A stretch of 64,000 nucleotides of DNA. Origin: Epiperipatus broadwayi. Its lineage: Eukaryota; Animalia; Onychophora. Shown one piece after another: positions 24,091-38,465 of the stretch. The stretch covers positions 35,092,001 to 35,156,000 of the forward strand of contig JAQFVV010000001.1 of assembly GCA_028023455.1 (NCBI GenBank), given 5' to 3'. Both the position numbers and the translations under genes were made by a program. The notes under the pieces were generated by a model. The model did not search any database. It was given only the letters and a program-made list of their open reading frames with translations, and was not told the origin of the DNA. Numbering within the stretch: the first letter of the stretch is position 1; every line of letters starts with the position of its first letter.

Positions 24091-27000
24091 TTTGTGCTAT
24101 CATTATATTCATGGAATGTTAAATAAATTGAAATATCTTTAAATGTTCTGATTAATGACATCTAGATTTTATTATCCTCAAGATGTATTTTTAATTTGAT
24201 GACATTAAGACTTTCTTATCCTTAAGATGCTTCTAATTTTTTGCTCCAGATACTTTTAACCTTTCTTCTATATCCATCTTTTATTTGTTTATTTTCAAAA
24301 CGTACTTATAGTTTGTGGCATTGAGGTTTTCTTATTAAGATATAGCAATATTTTTTTTAGTTTGTATTCCAGATGCTGTGTTTGCTTATTATTTTGAAAT
24401 TATTATTCTTGCCATGGTTAATAATATTTGTTAAAATGGTTGATTCCTTGTTTATGAGAAGTCTTATTATCAATGAACACCCATTATTTCAATTAATAGT
24501 CAAATATTTATTATAGCAATTTTAAAAAAATAAAATGGTTTTTTAATACCCCCCCCCTTTAAATAGTGGTTATTTTGCAGAAGTATTGATATTATAGAAT
24601 GCTGAAATCATCAAAACACAATCTAATTTGCAAGATAAAATAGAGTTTTATTCCAAGAAAAAAAAAGCACCACACAAAATGTATTTATTGTATAGTTAAC
24701 AAAATTTGAGATAATATACAAATGTATTGTAAATTGCAATTGTAATAAGTAGAAAATATAATTTACATGAATTTTATTCAGTATCTTTGTACTGCAGCCT
24801 GTAATAGATTTCTAACACACTGAAAGCAAAGTTGATTTTAATCATGAATTTAAAAAAAACAATTTCCATTAAAACAAAAATACAAATTTTATTCATCATG
24901 CAATTAAAAATAAACCTTCACTTTTATAGAAAAAAAACTACTCTAAAAATAAATAAATATACATATAATCTAAAAAAGAAATTTTATTTAATAACTAATT
25001 TTTATTTAATATTTTTGTACTTATAAAAATTTAAATTTTTTCCTAAGCAAAAATACTTATTATCATAAGCCATAAAGAATAAAAATAATTACAAAAAATT
25101 AAAAATAAATAATATTAAAATACTTATTAAAACTATAGCAATCAATGTTAATATAATTATGACTGCATTTTTATAAAAAAAAAAATAGTGGACCATTAAT
25201 TTTTAAAAAGTTTTTTAACAGAATTGGAAAAAGTAATTTAAATTTTTATTGATTTGTTAATTACAAAAACAAAACAACAACAGCAACAAAAATAATACAG
25301 AACATAAATTGCACCAAAATAGATTTTAAAATATTATGCTAATTTAATTATATATATATAATTCATTTTATGTTGTAAATTCAAAATATTGACAAAAAAT
25401 ATATAGCAACTGAAATATATTTATTTATATACAATATTTAAAAAAAGTTAATATTTTTTTAATATTAATCATACCTTTCTTTTAAATGGCATTCCCACAC
25501 TTAAGAAATCAAAAAATTCAATTTTAAAATTTGGCCCACAAATGAAAAATACTGCAAACTTTTTTTTGAATGTTAAAAGTCACGTATATATTTTTCTAAT
25601 ATTTTAATTTCAAAAAATGTTTAAAGATGTCAGGATAATCAAAAGTGTGAGGAATTCAAGGCTCCCTAAACTCCACAATGATGAGCACCCACAATTTTTT
25701 TGGATATCTCAAACTTTGTGATATTACTTTGAGAAAATATAAATGACTAAAATCTTATTTTTTTTTACAAGTTTATGATTATGCACAATAATTGTGTAAT
25801 AAATATCATACATCAAGAATATTTATTATTATATATTTATTTTGTACAGAAATGTTTATTTTTAAATGCTTTTATTTATTTTGGAAAATTGGTTTGTTTG
25901 TTTGCTAACTTTTGGACTGTTTCAAGTTGGAATGAAATTTTAAAATCAATGTTTAATATATTTACATTCAATAGAATTATTGGAAATTGAAATATAACTA
26001 GGCTAATTTATTTGAAACATTTATTTTTTCAGCATGTCAACTATTTAAATTGATATTGAACCAAGAGTGGGAAAAATATGAAAAATATTCAATAATTTAA
26101 TGTATCATACTTAACAATTATTCTTAGAACTTTTATTTGTTTTAAATAATAATCATGAAAGGACAGTATACATTTTTTTTCTTTTAAGGCTTGAACAAGT
26201 AATTAAAATAACATTTCAATGTTCTCATGATAAAATAGTTAAATTAATAAAATCCAGCTTTGTACTATGACCCATACATATAGATAAGTAATGTAGTTTT
26301 TATTAAAAAAAATTACACAAAGTCAAACTTGAAATAAAACAATTGGTTCATTTTTTATTTGTAATATATATGAGAGTGGCAACAATAAAATTAAATAAAA
26401 TGAGAATACCCATTTCATCACATAGGTTTCTCAATTGATTCATAGAGCTTATATTGAGTAATATTTATTATTGACATATTTATTTAAATTGTATTTATAT
26501 CCAAGATAAAGATTATGACTAAATAACACATAATCATAATAATCCTACTTATTAACCCTCAAGTAATTTAAGATTAGAGATTCATTCTTTGGGAAAAATT
26601 AAATTAACTCTTCAAATAAATAAAAAATTCTTCAAAGCTATACTATGTATCAGTGTTCCTTTGAACTATATTTCCCTTAACTTAAGCACAAGTTGTAACT
26701 TAGAATAATCTCTTTTATTTAGTAATACATCTTTAAATATGGCAAAATAACTAATATAATCTATCTGTATGACACTTAACTTTATAAAGTCTAATAAGGA
26801 TTTTATACATAACATTAAAGTGGCTCAAATAAATACTTTTTTGTAATAAATACTTAAAATAACTATCTGGATCTCTAGAGTTAATCCACATATCAATCAA
26901 GATGAATTGTTTAATCTTTTGGTCAATTTTTTTCCTAGTGAATTTCTTTATAAGTATTATATGTTAAAATGTGTGTAAAACTGTATATTTTATTATAATA

Positions 27001-29359
27001 AATTTTTTCCCTGAAAATTCTGCAAAAAAAAAGCATGAAATTTAAAATTCATACTTTTATAATAAACATAAGCCCCACCCTGAAATGTTCAAACATTGTG
27101 TGTTGATAAGGCTGTAAAATGTTTAGTGTTTTACAACATTGTAGTTTCCAATGATGCAAAAACATGTTTATTTGTGAATTCATTACAGTTTTAGATATTT
27201 TTTAAAAATAATTTGCACTATATTTATTAGATATCAAGAAATATAAATTATTAATAACTTATTTTGACTTGAAATACTTTATTTTCAAAAATATAATGTT
27301 ATATTAGCAGCTAACATAAATATGGCCTCAAGCAAATTAAAAAATTCTAGCTTTGACATAAACAATCTATGTTATACTTACAGTAAAAAATAACATAATT
27401 TTGCAATAAATATTCAAAAAATGTAAACTTTTAAAGCATAATTTGTTAGATATAAGAGAAATAAATAAATATTCATTCATGTTTTTAAAAATAATCAGAA
27501 ACAAAAAATATTTTGTGATTTTATAAACTGAAAATAATCTTTCTAGAAATGATGACATGTAAAGTCTTTGTTTTGATTACATCCTCATTTTTTTAATATT
27601 TACAGAAACAAAATGTAAACATTTAAAATTTATTTCAGTAGTAAACAAAAATATCTATCAAATAAAGTCAAATTTAATTATTTTATGATAAGTAATAATC
27701 ATTTTATCATATATTTTATGTTGATATATGAGACAAAGAAAACAGAAAATGCTGAAAAGCAAGAGGCGTTATGCTGCACATCACAAGGGTTAAGTATATA
27801 TACTCATATATACATATATAATGAATTATTACAATAGAAAATTCATCCTTTAAATGTATCTTATGATTAACAAATGATCCTAAATTATACATGAGTGAAA
27901 ATATACACTTCACTAATAACAGTAATAAAATCAAAATTTTTAACATTTAAAACAGTCTTTATTTTGATACAAATGCCAATAAAGATTTCACCTAACATAT
28001 TTATACTATATCATAAATATATGTTATATGATAAGTATATGTGCATGTGTTATGAATCATCTGATATAGTTATAAATTAAAAAAATCAATACTTGTTAAT
28101 GTATTTCAATCTTTTCATGGAGATACTAAAGAAATAAAAAAATATATAACAAAAAAAACATAAACATTAGTATTAACTTTAATTATAATTGATCAAACTT
28201 CTCTTCTAATTTTCTTATTTTATTAGTAAGATAGATAGTTATTTTAAGAGTCTTTGCTTTGATCTTGATACTTGATCTTTGTGAAGATGGTTGACAAAGT
28301 CTTTTGTTGAGGAATGTATAAATTTAAATGAATTCAGTTAGTTTCAATATTATTTCTGCACATCATGACAGGATGGACTAATAAGATTAATCAAGTTTTT
28401 GGAAATGTTTCTTAAATCATAGTGTTGGTTTCTCTTTCTGATTGAGGATATTTAGTTGTTTAATACAATTTTCTTTCACATATGCATGCTTGCTAATGTT
28501 CCTCCAATTTGATGTAACCTTATGAATACAAACAAGAGGGAGTAAAAACCTGGGATAGTTGGCTTATTTACTCACACACCTCACTATCCATGTCCAATTT
28601 AAATTGAATTTTTTTTTTTCAAGTGAATAATACAAAATTAATAAAAACAAAATGTTGCTAGTCTACCATATATGCCAACAAAGAGTCATAATATTAATTT
28701 TACTATCCTTGCATGCATTTCTTTTTTATTATGTAAATGACCTCCATAATATTTTTAGATTAACAGATTCTTGAAAAATATTCTGTTCAACTCTTATTGT
28801 TGATTATCATGCATGTACTGACAGTAATTCTTTCAAAATTCTTTTGAACATCTTAACATCATATTGTTGACATTAATAAAAAAAAAGAATAATATAGATT
28901 ATTTAAAATACAAACAATTTAAAATATAAAAATAAAAATACATATATGCAAATCACAAATTCTTTTTTTTAATGCTACAAATAAATAAGTCTACATGTAT
29001 ACTTTTGTCATATTATTAACACTGTTCCTAATATAATTTTAATATAATTCTTTTATTTACCCTTTTTTTTATTCATTATCACTATTGCCCTCTCAATAAT
29101 TTTAAACAAAATATTAATCTCAGAAGTGTCAAAAAACAATAAACATAAAAATAAAAAGTTGAGCAAAAATTGAGAATTGAAATGTTTTACACACATATAT
29201 ATTAAAAAACTGCATCACACATCAAATGTGTAACTATCTAAATAAATATATATCCAACTAATCAAAAGATGTGTATTCTTTGATAATAAATAATTCAAAA
29301 TTTTATCAATATTGAAGGAAACATTTCTCATTTTTTCATCCCTTTATATATATATATAT

Positions 29360-32300
29360 ATTGTGCCCTTTTGTATGGGTCTCCATAAATTGTTATATCA
29401 ATTTGTTAAAAAATTTTAAATTTAAGATATATTATAGCTATATGATGTTGATTTTATTTATAATAATCTTTCAAAAGTTTAATTAAAGTAAACTATGAAT
29501 ATTTGATGTGTGAAATTGTGCTAATATTTGAGAGAGACATTTCAATAAAAAAAATGATAATATTATATAGTTGGGAAAACTGGCCATGATCAATACTGCA
29601 TTAATAAGTTTTGTAAATAAATGTTTAAAGCTAAAAGTTTAAAAAAAGACAAGTTAAAATTAAATGCATATATATTTATTGTTGATAAAGATTAATATTT
29701 AGTAAGTGAATATACATATTATTGTTATTAATAGTATATAATAGAAGATTAATATTTGATTTTATAATATCGAATTATTATTTTAAAGTTGTTATAGTAT
29801 ATTATTTTTTTTAAAAAATATTTATTTTATAAAATTGAATTGTTAGTTTATTTTTAGATAATTACAAGCGTTTATAACTGTGTTGTAAGTCAGGTGACAG
29901 ATAGACATATGTACACATATGCTTGTAAGTTTTTTTAGTAAAGTTGCAAAACTGTTTTAAAATTCTATTATAAAATTTATAAATATTATATTGGCTATCA
30001 CGAGATAAAAATAAAAATAATTAGTGTGAAGTATTAAATCTGATTTTTAAAATACTGTTTAAAAAATATAATGAATAAAAATAGACTTAGTTTGTTTAGA
30101 AAAATAGTCTTATAAAAGTTAAAAGTGAAATAAAGTAGAACATATATTTTTAAAAATGCTTAATGGATTTAAATAAATGATAAAAATTAATTAAGAATTA
30201 AATAATGTAATAAATAATAAATATTAAATAAGTCATTATTTATTTTTAATTTCGTATTGTTGGTAAGATATGTAAATAGGCTAGCAAGGTGATTGTTTAA
30301 TTTACCAATCAAGTGGGTAATTTATTCTGGTATAAAACCGAGATTCAATTGTTCAGGAGGGTGATTGTGATTTCTTTTAAGTAAAGTGTGCTATTAAATA
30401 TAGCTAAGTAAAAAATTATAGACGCTCTCGTAATAGCTCTTAATTTATAAGAGAGTAGTTTTAAATAATTTTATAAAAGTTTACCGTTAAATATGCAGTG
30501 CTAATTTATTCATAATTCCCTATTGATCGTCTCTATCAAAGTTCAATTTTACTATCAAATAATCATGAAAATATCGTATAAGGATAAAATGTGTTGGAAA
30601 CTTTATATTAAAAATATAGTGAACGCTGGATTAACTAGTTGGATAAAAATAATATATTGGACATTATATGAATTTAAAAGTTGATTATAATTAATTTTTT
30701 ATAAACAAATATTTTAAAGAAAGATAAATACTTCTTTATGAAGAAAGTATTTTTTAAATTACATATTTTAATATATCTTTTGGTAAAGATATGGAAGTTA
30801 ATAATAATTGCAGAAATACTTGCCTTATTAAGTCTTTGTTGTTTAAAAGACTAGATTTCGATAATTTTAAAAGGCAGATAAATCGGAAATTTAATTGGTA
30901 AACAAATACCTGTAAAAAAAAAAATATTATATAGTAAAGTCTGGACGCTGGTCGTACAGAAGAATTTGGAGATTGATTTACTTAAATATTTGTTAAAGAA
31001 TGCGCAAATAAGTATACGTGGATATCCAAGTCAATTTATAATACTTAAATAAAAACATTATAAACTATTGACTAATCCTAGGAAAATAATAACTTTTAAA
31101 TAATTTTTCTTTAAAGAAATAAATCCGGATCCTATAAACTGTTTTAATTATTATTTTTTTTTTCTTTATGGTGGAACTTATTTTATCTTATTTTTTAAAA
31201 AAAAAAAAAAAAAAAAAACGTTTTCATTTATTTCATAAAAACTGTTTAAACACGTGATGTACCGGAAAAGGATGTGATGTTGGTAAAATGTTGTGCCTAG
31301 GAAAAAAAGAACAATTGTGGGTGGAAAGAAGACACCGTTGGATTTTATGTAACATATTTTGTTTTCTTAACTAACATAGATATTTAATTATTTATTGATC
31401 TATTAAAGATAAGAGAGGTACATTTTAAAAGTAATTACACATTAATATAACACTTAATTTCATAAAGTTTATTTTTTATATAATTTTACAACACGTAATA
31501 TTTTAAGAATAATTGTTGAGTATAAATGTGATATTATTTTGTAAAACTATAATCCTGGAGGACATCGTTTGGCTGATTATAAATTGGAGTATCATTTATG
31601 GTAATAATTATATAATATTAATAATTTAATGTATTTTTCTTTGTTTTCTTTAGATAAACCAAATATTATTTGATTGTTGAGTGAATGTATAAATATTTAA
31701 AGAACATACATGCATAATATCATTAATAATAGTTTTATTTTAATATGCATACTTTATTTTATAATATAAATTTATTACAACGTAATAAGAGTTATCCAGA
31801 AATAATTATATGATTCTTTCGTGAATAAACTTTAATGTTTTCTGTTACAATATTAGGAATTTGATTTATTATATTAGTATGAGTCATTTATATTTATTTT
31901 CAAGTTAGTAAGAAGTAAAAAAAAAATATATATATCTATATTTTTTATTTTTTTATTAGACAAGTTAAATTAATTTTATATGCAAATTTATATGTGTGTT
32001 TTAAAGGTTTATCATAAATAGATGATGAGATATAAGAGAGTTTGGATAGTCATTTTTTTAAAAAAAAATTGTAAGTTGATACTAAAGTTAAATGAGATTA
32101 GAATGATATTTGAAGATAGGATGTATTGGGATGGAATAGGAATAACAAGTAGAGAAGAATAGTAGTTTAAATAGAAAAGAATCATAGAATTTTATTTTAA
32201 GATAATAACTTTATAAAATTGGTAATTTATAAATAAAAATTTTGTCTTCACAAAATTGTTGAATAATTTTAAATATTATTTTAAGAAAAGAACATATATG

Positions 32301-33707
32301 TATTGCATATTTTGGTAAGACATATATTATGAAATTACATTAGAATGAAGTAAATAATTATGTAATCAATAAAAGTCACATAATATTACAAAGTTATATC
32401 AATCTATACATTAGTTGATATTTAGTTAATGCTAATAATAAATGTAATACATAATAGTTACATTATAATAGAAATAGCTATAATACTTAAATGGAGTAGC
32501 ATTTTAATTGTTAAAGTTTGTTTATTTTACATGTGCTACATAAGTGATATTTTACATAAAAGCCTTCTATTGTACTAAGTGATTATAAATGATATCTAGT
32601 AAAATATAAGTTCATAAACTCAAGTAAATGTTACTGATAAAACATTTAAGAAATGTATGGATTATTTATTTTGGATTATGGAAATAATAACAATGTAAGA
32701 ATCTTGTATTATTATTTTTTTTATTTTTATTTTTCTTGATTTCCACTTGTAATGTAAATAATGTATATAAGTTGTTTATTAAAGCTGATGTAAATAAATT
32801 TGTTTAAGTTGTTTTAAAAGTGTGTCGAATTCATTATTTTGCACCACAGCATTTGACAACAGATAATTTGAATAAAACATAATATTTGCACAATATGAAT
32901 TAAATTATTATTTTTAAAAAAGAAATACAGTATTTTCTTAATATAATTTATAGAAATTCATTGACATTAACATATTATGTTATAATGGTCCCAAAATAAT
33001 TATAATGCACAATATAAGAGTATAATATTATTTATTGCCACATATTATTAAATTATAAGATTTTATTATATTCTCAATTAAGATACTATATGAAGATGAA
33101 AGACATGTAGATGATTTACTTGTTTTCTTAATGATTAGTAGTATAATAAAATAGATAAGGTTAACTTATACACTGGAGATTGTTATTATTAGTTATTTAT
33201 TATTATTATAAGTTAGGTGTAGTTAGGTTTGATATTAAATCCCTTATCATGCCTATCTGCAAGAAGTATTATTAATTTAAGATAATTAAAAGAACCTGAG
33301 ATTATTTAGTTATATTTCTTTGATAAAAGATTGAGATTTATTTATTACTATTATTGAAGTTAGTTAATTTTTATAAAAGACATAGGAGTGCTATAGATGT
33401 ATTAATGAGATAATAAAGAGGTAATAGTATTCTTATGCCATTGAGATAATGTCTTAGAAGACATGGGCTCAATGTAAATTCATATTATCACTTGTAACTT
33501 CACTTCATAGTCTCATGATTTAATAAATACTTATTTAATTAATGCATGATATTGAACCATATTAATTTTCTGTTAGTTATAATAAATCTGATAAGATATA
33601 GTATTATAAAATATATTAATAATAGTTATACATATTTTAGCCGAGCATAACGATTTAATTGAGCTAGTCATATTTTAAGTTATACTGTATTTCTGGAAGT
33701 GAGGGTT

Positions 33708-33742
<35 letters not shown>

Positions 33743-36590
33743 AATGGAACCTATAATTCAGAGCCTCACTTGGATGCTCCAAATGTAATGGAACTTAAGG
33801 TAGCCCATGTTTGGAAGCAAATGTAATGATCTACTTCTACTCCATTAAATTGAAGAAAGACAAAATTATCCCTTATATAAATAATGTAATGGAAACTATA
33901 TTAGCTCATAATTAGCAAGTTAAATATAATGGACTATATGGTATCATTTATATTAAAAATGAGAAAAACAAACTTTTCCAATTATATTTTAATAAATTTT
34001 TAAATTCCCTCCCAGCTAGCTTTATATAAAACAAATCTAAAATCATACTAATCAATGAGATCTTTCATTATAATTTATCTTTAGGTTGAGACTAACTAAT
34101 CAAAATATATACAAAAATAAAGGACTTTATTAAATTCAAATATACACATCTACTATAAAAATTTAACTCTAAATAATGAAAAAATATATAAGACCTACAA
34201 ACCAAGAATAAATGAAATAAAAATTATCTTTTATTAAGCGTAAATTCAATTAATTTACTAATAACTTTCATTAAGAAAATAAGAATAATATATATCACTT
34301 TAAATAATTACAAACATTATTTATAAAAATAAATACACATCTTTATTTTTTCTTATAATAATATTATTCAATAATATAAACAATAAATATATAAAACTAT
34401 TCCCTAATATTAAATATAAAGAAAAATTAATATATATACCTCAACTTATAAATTATATTTTCATTTTAAAATATTTAAATATTTATCTTAAACATCATTA
34501 TCTTAAGAACAAGACAATGAACACAAAAATTTTACAAAAAAAAAATAAACAAAAAAAATATCAATCTCAAAAATATAAATCACTCATATAAATAATAATA
34601 TAAATATTTTAAAATACTTATTATTTTTAAAATAATTTCATATTTATATATTTTTTTTTTTATTTAATCTATAAAAGAAAAATTTATTAAAGAAATATAA
34701 TTTTAAATATACTATTTTATAAAGTCAAATCCACACACAATTTTTCATATAAATGAAAACATTAAGACTTTAATCCAGAGAGAAATTTACTGAAAATTTA
34801 GGTATAAAATTCTTAGAATATAAAAGAAAGACATAGAAACAATTATATTATACAAAATATATACTTCATATTTAAAAATAAACTTTAAAAAATAAAATAA
34901 TAAATCTACCTTCATTTTTAACCCATTTTTAAAAAAAAACTAATAATATATCCACCACAACTATTTTAAAACTCATAATATATATCCTTTTACAACAATA
35001 ACACAAAATAAAAATAAAATATCAAAACATATAAAAACAAACAAAATTTACACTTTAAAATATACATAAATAATATTTATACATTTAGTAACACAAAAAA
35101 ATACTTTTTTTTAACAACAATTTATATCCTATTATTTCAATAATAAATATATAAATACTACAATATAATAAATAAAAAATAACTTCAAAAATAACTAATT
35201 AATAAACATAAAAAAAATTAAATATTTCAATAAACTTCAACTAAAAATTTTTTAAAACAAATAACAAATTTTTAAAATATAAATACACCTAATATTTACA
35301 ATACCCCAAATCCACAAAAAAAAAATCTTTCAAATAACTAAAATAAAAACAAAAACTCCAAATTTTAACTTTCTAAACTAACATAAAGAATATATTTTTT
35401 ATAAAACCACATCATTTATTTAACCCAATCCCACCAAAAATATATATATATATCAAAAACACAACACCCCCCCACACCACACAAACAAAACACAAACAAA
35501 CACACAACAACCCCAAAAAAAAAACCCAAACACAACAACCAAAAAAACCAACAAAAAAAAAACCCCCCCCCCGAAAGCCCCCACCCCCCCCACCCAAACC
35601 CAACCCAAAAAAAAAGCAAACCAAGAAACACAAACAAACAAAACAAAACAAACCAAAACCCCCCCACACAACCCAAGAGAAAAAAAAAAACCCACACCCC
35701 CCCCCCCCGGGAACCGCCCACGCAACCCACCCCCACGCCCGACAACCCCCCCCCCCCCCACCCCCCCCCCCAACAAACCCCCCCCCCAACCCACAACCCC
35801 AAAAACACCACACAAAAACCACAAAAAAAACCAAAAAAAAACAAAAACACCAAAAAAACACCAGACCGCCGGGGCGAAAGAGCAAAAAAAAAGCCCCAAA
35901 CAAAAAAACCAGGGAACAAACAGGGAAAAACAAAAACACAAACCCAAAGAAAAAAAGCCAAAAAAAAGAAAAAAAACAAACAAAAAAAATAAAAAAAAAA
36001 ACGACAAAAACAAAAAACAAAAAACAAAAACAAAAAAAACCCCCAAAAAAAAAACAACACATAAACACAAAGACACCAAAAAAAAACAAAAAAAAAACCA
36101 AAAAAAACACCACCCAAAAAAAAAAAAAACCAGAGCCAGAAGACAAAGCTATAAAGCAACATAAAGAAAAAACAAAAAGAAAAAAAGCAAACCAAACCCC
36201 AGATAGGTAAAGGCGAAAATTTAAGACAACACCGAGAAATGAAAATTTGTGTTCAGAAAAGCGAAAGGCGAGAGGGGCCGCCGAAACAACCCCAATAATT
36301 ATACAAAAAAACGATTAAAAGAACTAAAGAAAAAAAAAACACCGCAACCCATAAAAAAAACCAAAAGGCCCAAGGGGGCCGCGCGGCATAAAACCGTAGA
36401 AAGCCCAACAAACACAAAAAAAAACCAAAAACAACGAAAAGACCAAAAAAAAACTTTGAACTGCAAAAAACTACCTAAGCCATATCAAAAAAAATTAAAG
36501 GCCAAAAAAAAAAACCAAAAACAAAAACAAAAGAAAAAACACCAACAAAAAAACAAAAACAAAAAAAAAAACACCAAACATATATATATA
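29360..36590. other. Compositionally aberrant block, probably low-quality or unpolished read sequence
   Basis: Bounded and subdivided by (TA)n tracts at ~29345, ~33708-33740, ~35440 and ~36580. C-poor segment, then G-poor segment, then A/C homopolymer runs (35460-36580). Confidence 0.6.
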
Positions 36591-36747
36591 TATCTTAATT
36601 AACCATGAGGATTGAAACATCCAATTCTTATAATATATATATCAACTATAAATGTCCAATCAATTTAAAATACAATATAGTTTTATATTTTCATTTACTG
36701 TGCCATTACTAACAACTTAAAAATAATAGGGATACTTTTTTTATTTT

Positions 36748-37002
36748 TTATATTCAATGTTTTTATTGACTGTGCACTAAAAATAAATAAAATAATTGTT
36801 TCTTCAACTACAATTGAAGTTTTTAAATTTAACTTGAAATAAAAGCTTGGGGGGGGTGTCCAGAAATTAATTAATTAAGTCAATCCTGTAATTCTGGATC
36901 CCCATGCTTTTATTTCAAGTTAAATTTAAAAACTTAATTGTAGTTGAAAAACAATTATTTTATTTATTTTTAGTGCACAGTCAATAAAAGCATTGAATAT
37001 AA
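36748..37002. repeat. Near-perfect fold-back palindrome (~115-bp arms)
   Basis: ttatattcaatg.ttttattgactgtgcactaaaaataaataaaataattg...tccagaa is mirrored by ttctgga...caattattttatttatttttagtgcacagtcaataaaagcattgaatataa. Confidence 0.9.
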
Positions 37003-38229
37003 TTCTTTTTTTTACCTTTATTATTAAATATAAAATGTTATATTTTTCTGAATAAGATTACCATGAAAATTATGGTGGCAGAAATTTTGATCTGTTAGTA
37101 GAACATCACCACTCATAGTCTGTTAGGAAATATAGGAATATCATTAAAATAACATTTTTTTAACCTTTTAAAGTGTTACCAGATATTGATAATTATTCAT
37201 TCATATTTTAAGTTTATACAGAGAGGATTTCATTCATTTTGCAAAATCAATCTGTTCCTTCCAAAAGTTGAATGATGAAAGGTACTTTGTTTGTTTTTTT
37301 AAACAAAAATATCTCTCAAATGAAGTTAAATTTATTATATTCTGATATATAATAATAATTTAATACCAAAATGAAAGTTGAAAGTTTACAGCATGAAAAA
37401 AGGAAAATGGTCATAATGCTAGCATACCATAAGAAGGTTAATAATGCATTTATTAAAAAGTTTATTCAATAATTATCACTTTTTTCAATTTCAAGTTTTA
37501 TTGGTTGAATTTACATGTTTATTCTACATAGAATCTGAGGTGATCAATTAAATATTTTACCATAGAAAAAAATAGAATTGTTTGTTTGCGTTTTTATGCA
37601 AAATGTTTGATTTACGAGGCACTTTGTAGTATCAATTGAGTTCATTGACCAGAGTAAAGCTGTACATCAACATATTTCTGATATGATTATAATAATAATA
37701 AAAAAGAATTTGTTCAAAGTTACAAAACTCCATAAACTTTTTTTAAAATGTATATAAATTTATGTGTAATCTAACCCACTCATCATAATAAAACCTAAGA
37801 CGTATTTAAGATTAGTCTTCAATATTCATAAATGTTATATTTGCACTGTTGATTATCTATTATGGTAATGAAAATGTTTCATTTCATATGTTAATGTAAA
37901 TCTATCACAACAAATGAGGTTGGCATATATAAACATCATTTCTTCAGCAAATTTAATGAATTAAAGATAAAGAATAGCCTGCAATCCATATGTAGAAAAC
38001 TCATGAAAACATTGTCAAATGTATAAATAGCAGCGTTGCAAAAATTGCAGTTCCTGAAATTCACCATTATATGTAAATAATTATTTTTCGTGATCTTTAT
38101 GTTACTGATTCAGTCAATGACAAATACACTTCAAATGCCAATAACTTTATTTTCAAATAACTTATTTTATTCAATAAAATAACGCAGAGAAAAATTAAAA
38201 TAATATAGAGATAGATATATAAACAGATG

Positions 38230-38249
<20 letters not shown>

Positions 38250-38261
<12 letters not shown>

Positions 38262-38465
38262 CCATACACAAAACACTCAAATATATATCCAAACACACAA
38301 GCATTTAATATCTATATTATGATTTGTTTTAATCATGTATTATTATTAGGGATGGATATATTATATATAAATAGATGAAATATTTATATATACACACAAA
38401 CGCTCAAATATATATCTAAACACATAAACATTTAAAATCTATATTATGATTTGTTTTAATCATGT
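38250..38465. repeat. Diverged tandem duplication (~125-bp period) next to a (TA)n(CA)n microsatellite
   Basis: aca.aaa.c.ctcaaatatatat..aaacac..aa.catttaa.atctatattatgatttgttttaatcatgt occurs twice. Confidence 0.75.

Noticed and set aside
30400-31300. Mitochondrial 16S/12S rRNA insertion (NUMT)
   Set aside because: A few short resemblances (gctgga.t.a.t.gttgga; acgtgat..accgg) but the hallmark motifs (GACGAGAAGACCCTAT, GGGATAACAGCG) are absent and the spacing is wrong. The region is probably noisy sequence.
33740-33945. CRISPR-like repeat-spacer array
   Set aside because: Eukaryotic context with no cas genes. The inter-core segments resemble one another, and the cores are short and decaying, which fits a tandem repeat.
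35412-36602. Long ORFs (244, 259, 208 and 117 aa)
   Set aside because: These are F/G/V/C- or K-rich translations of A/C homopolymer low-complexity sequence, open in all frames simply because they lack stop codons.
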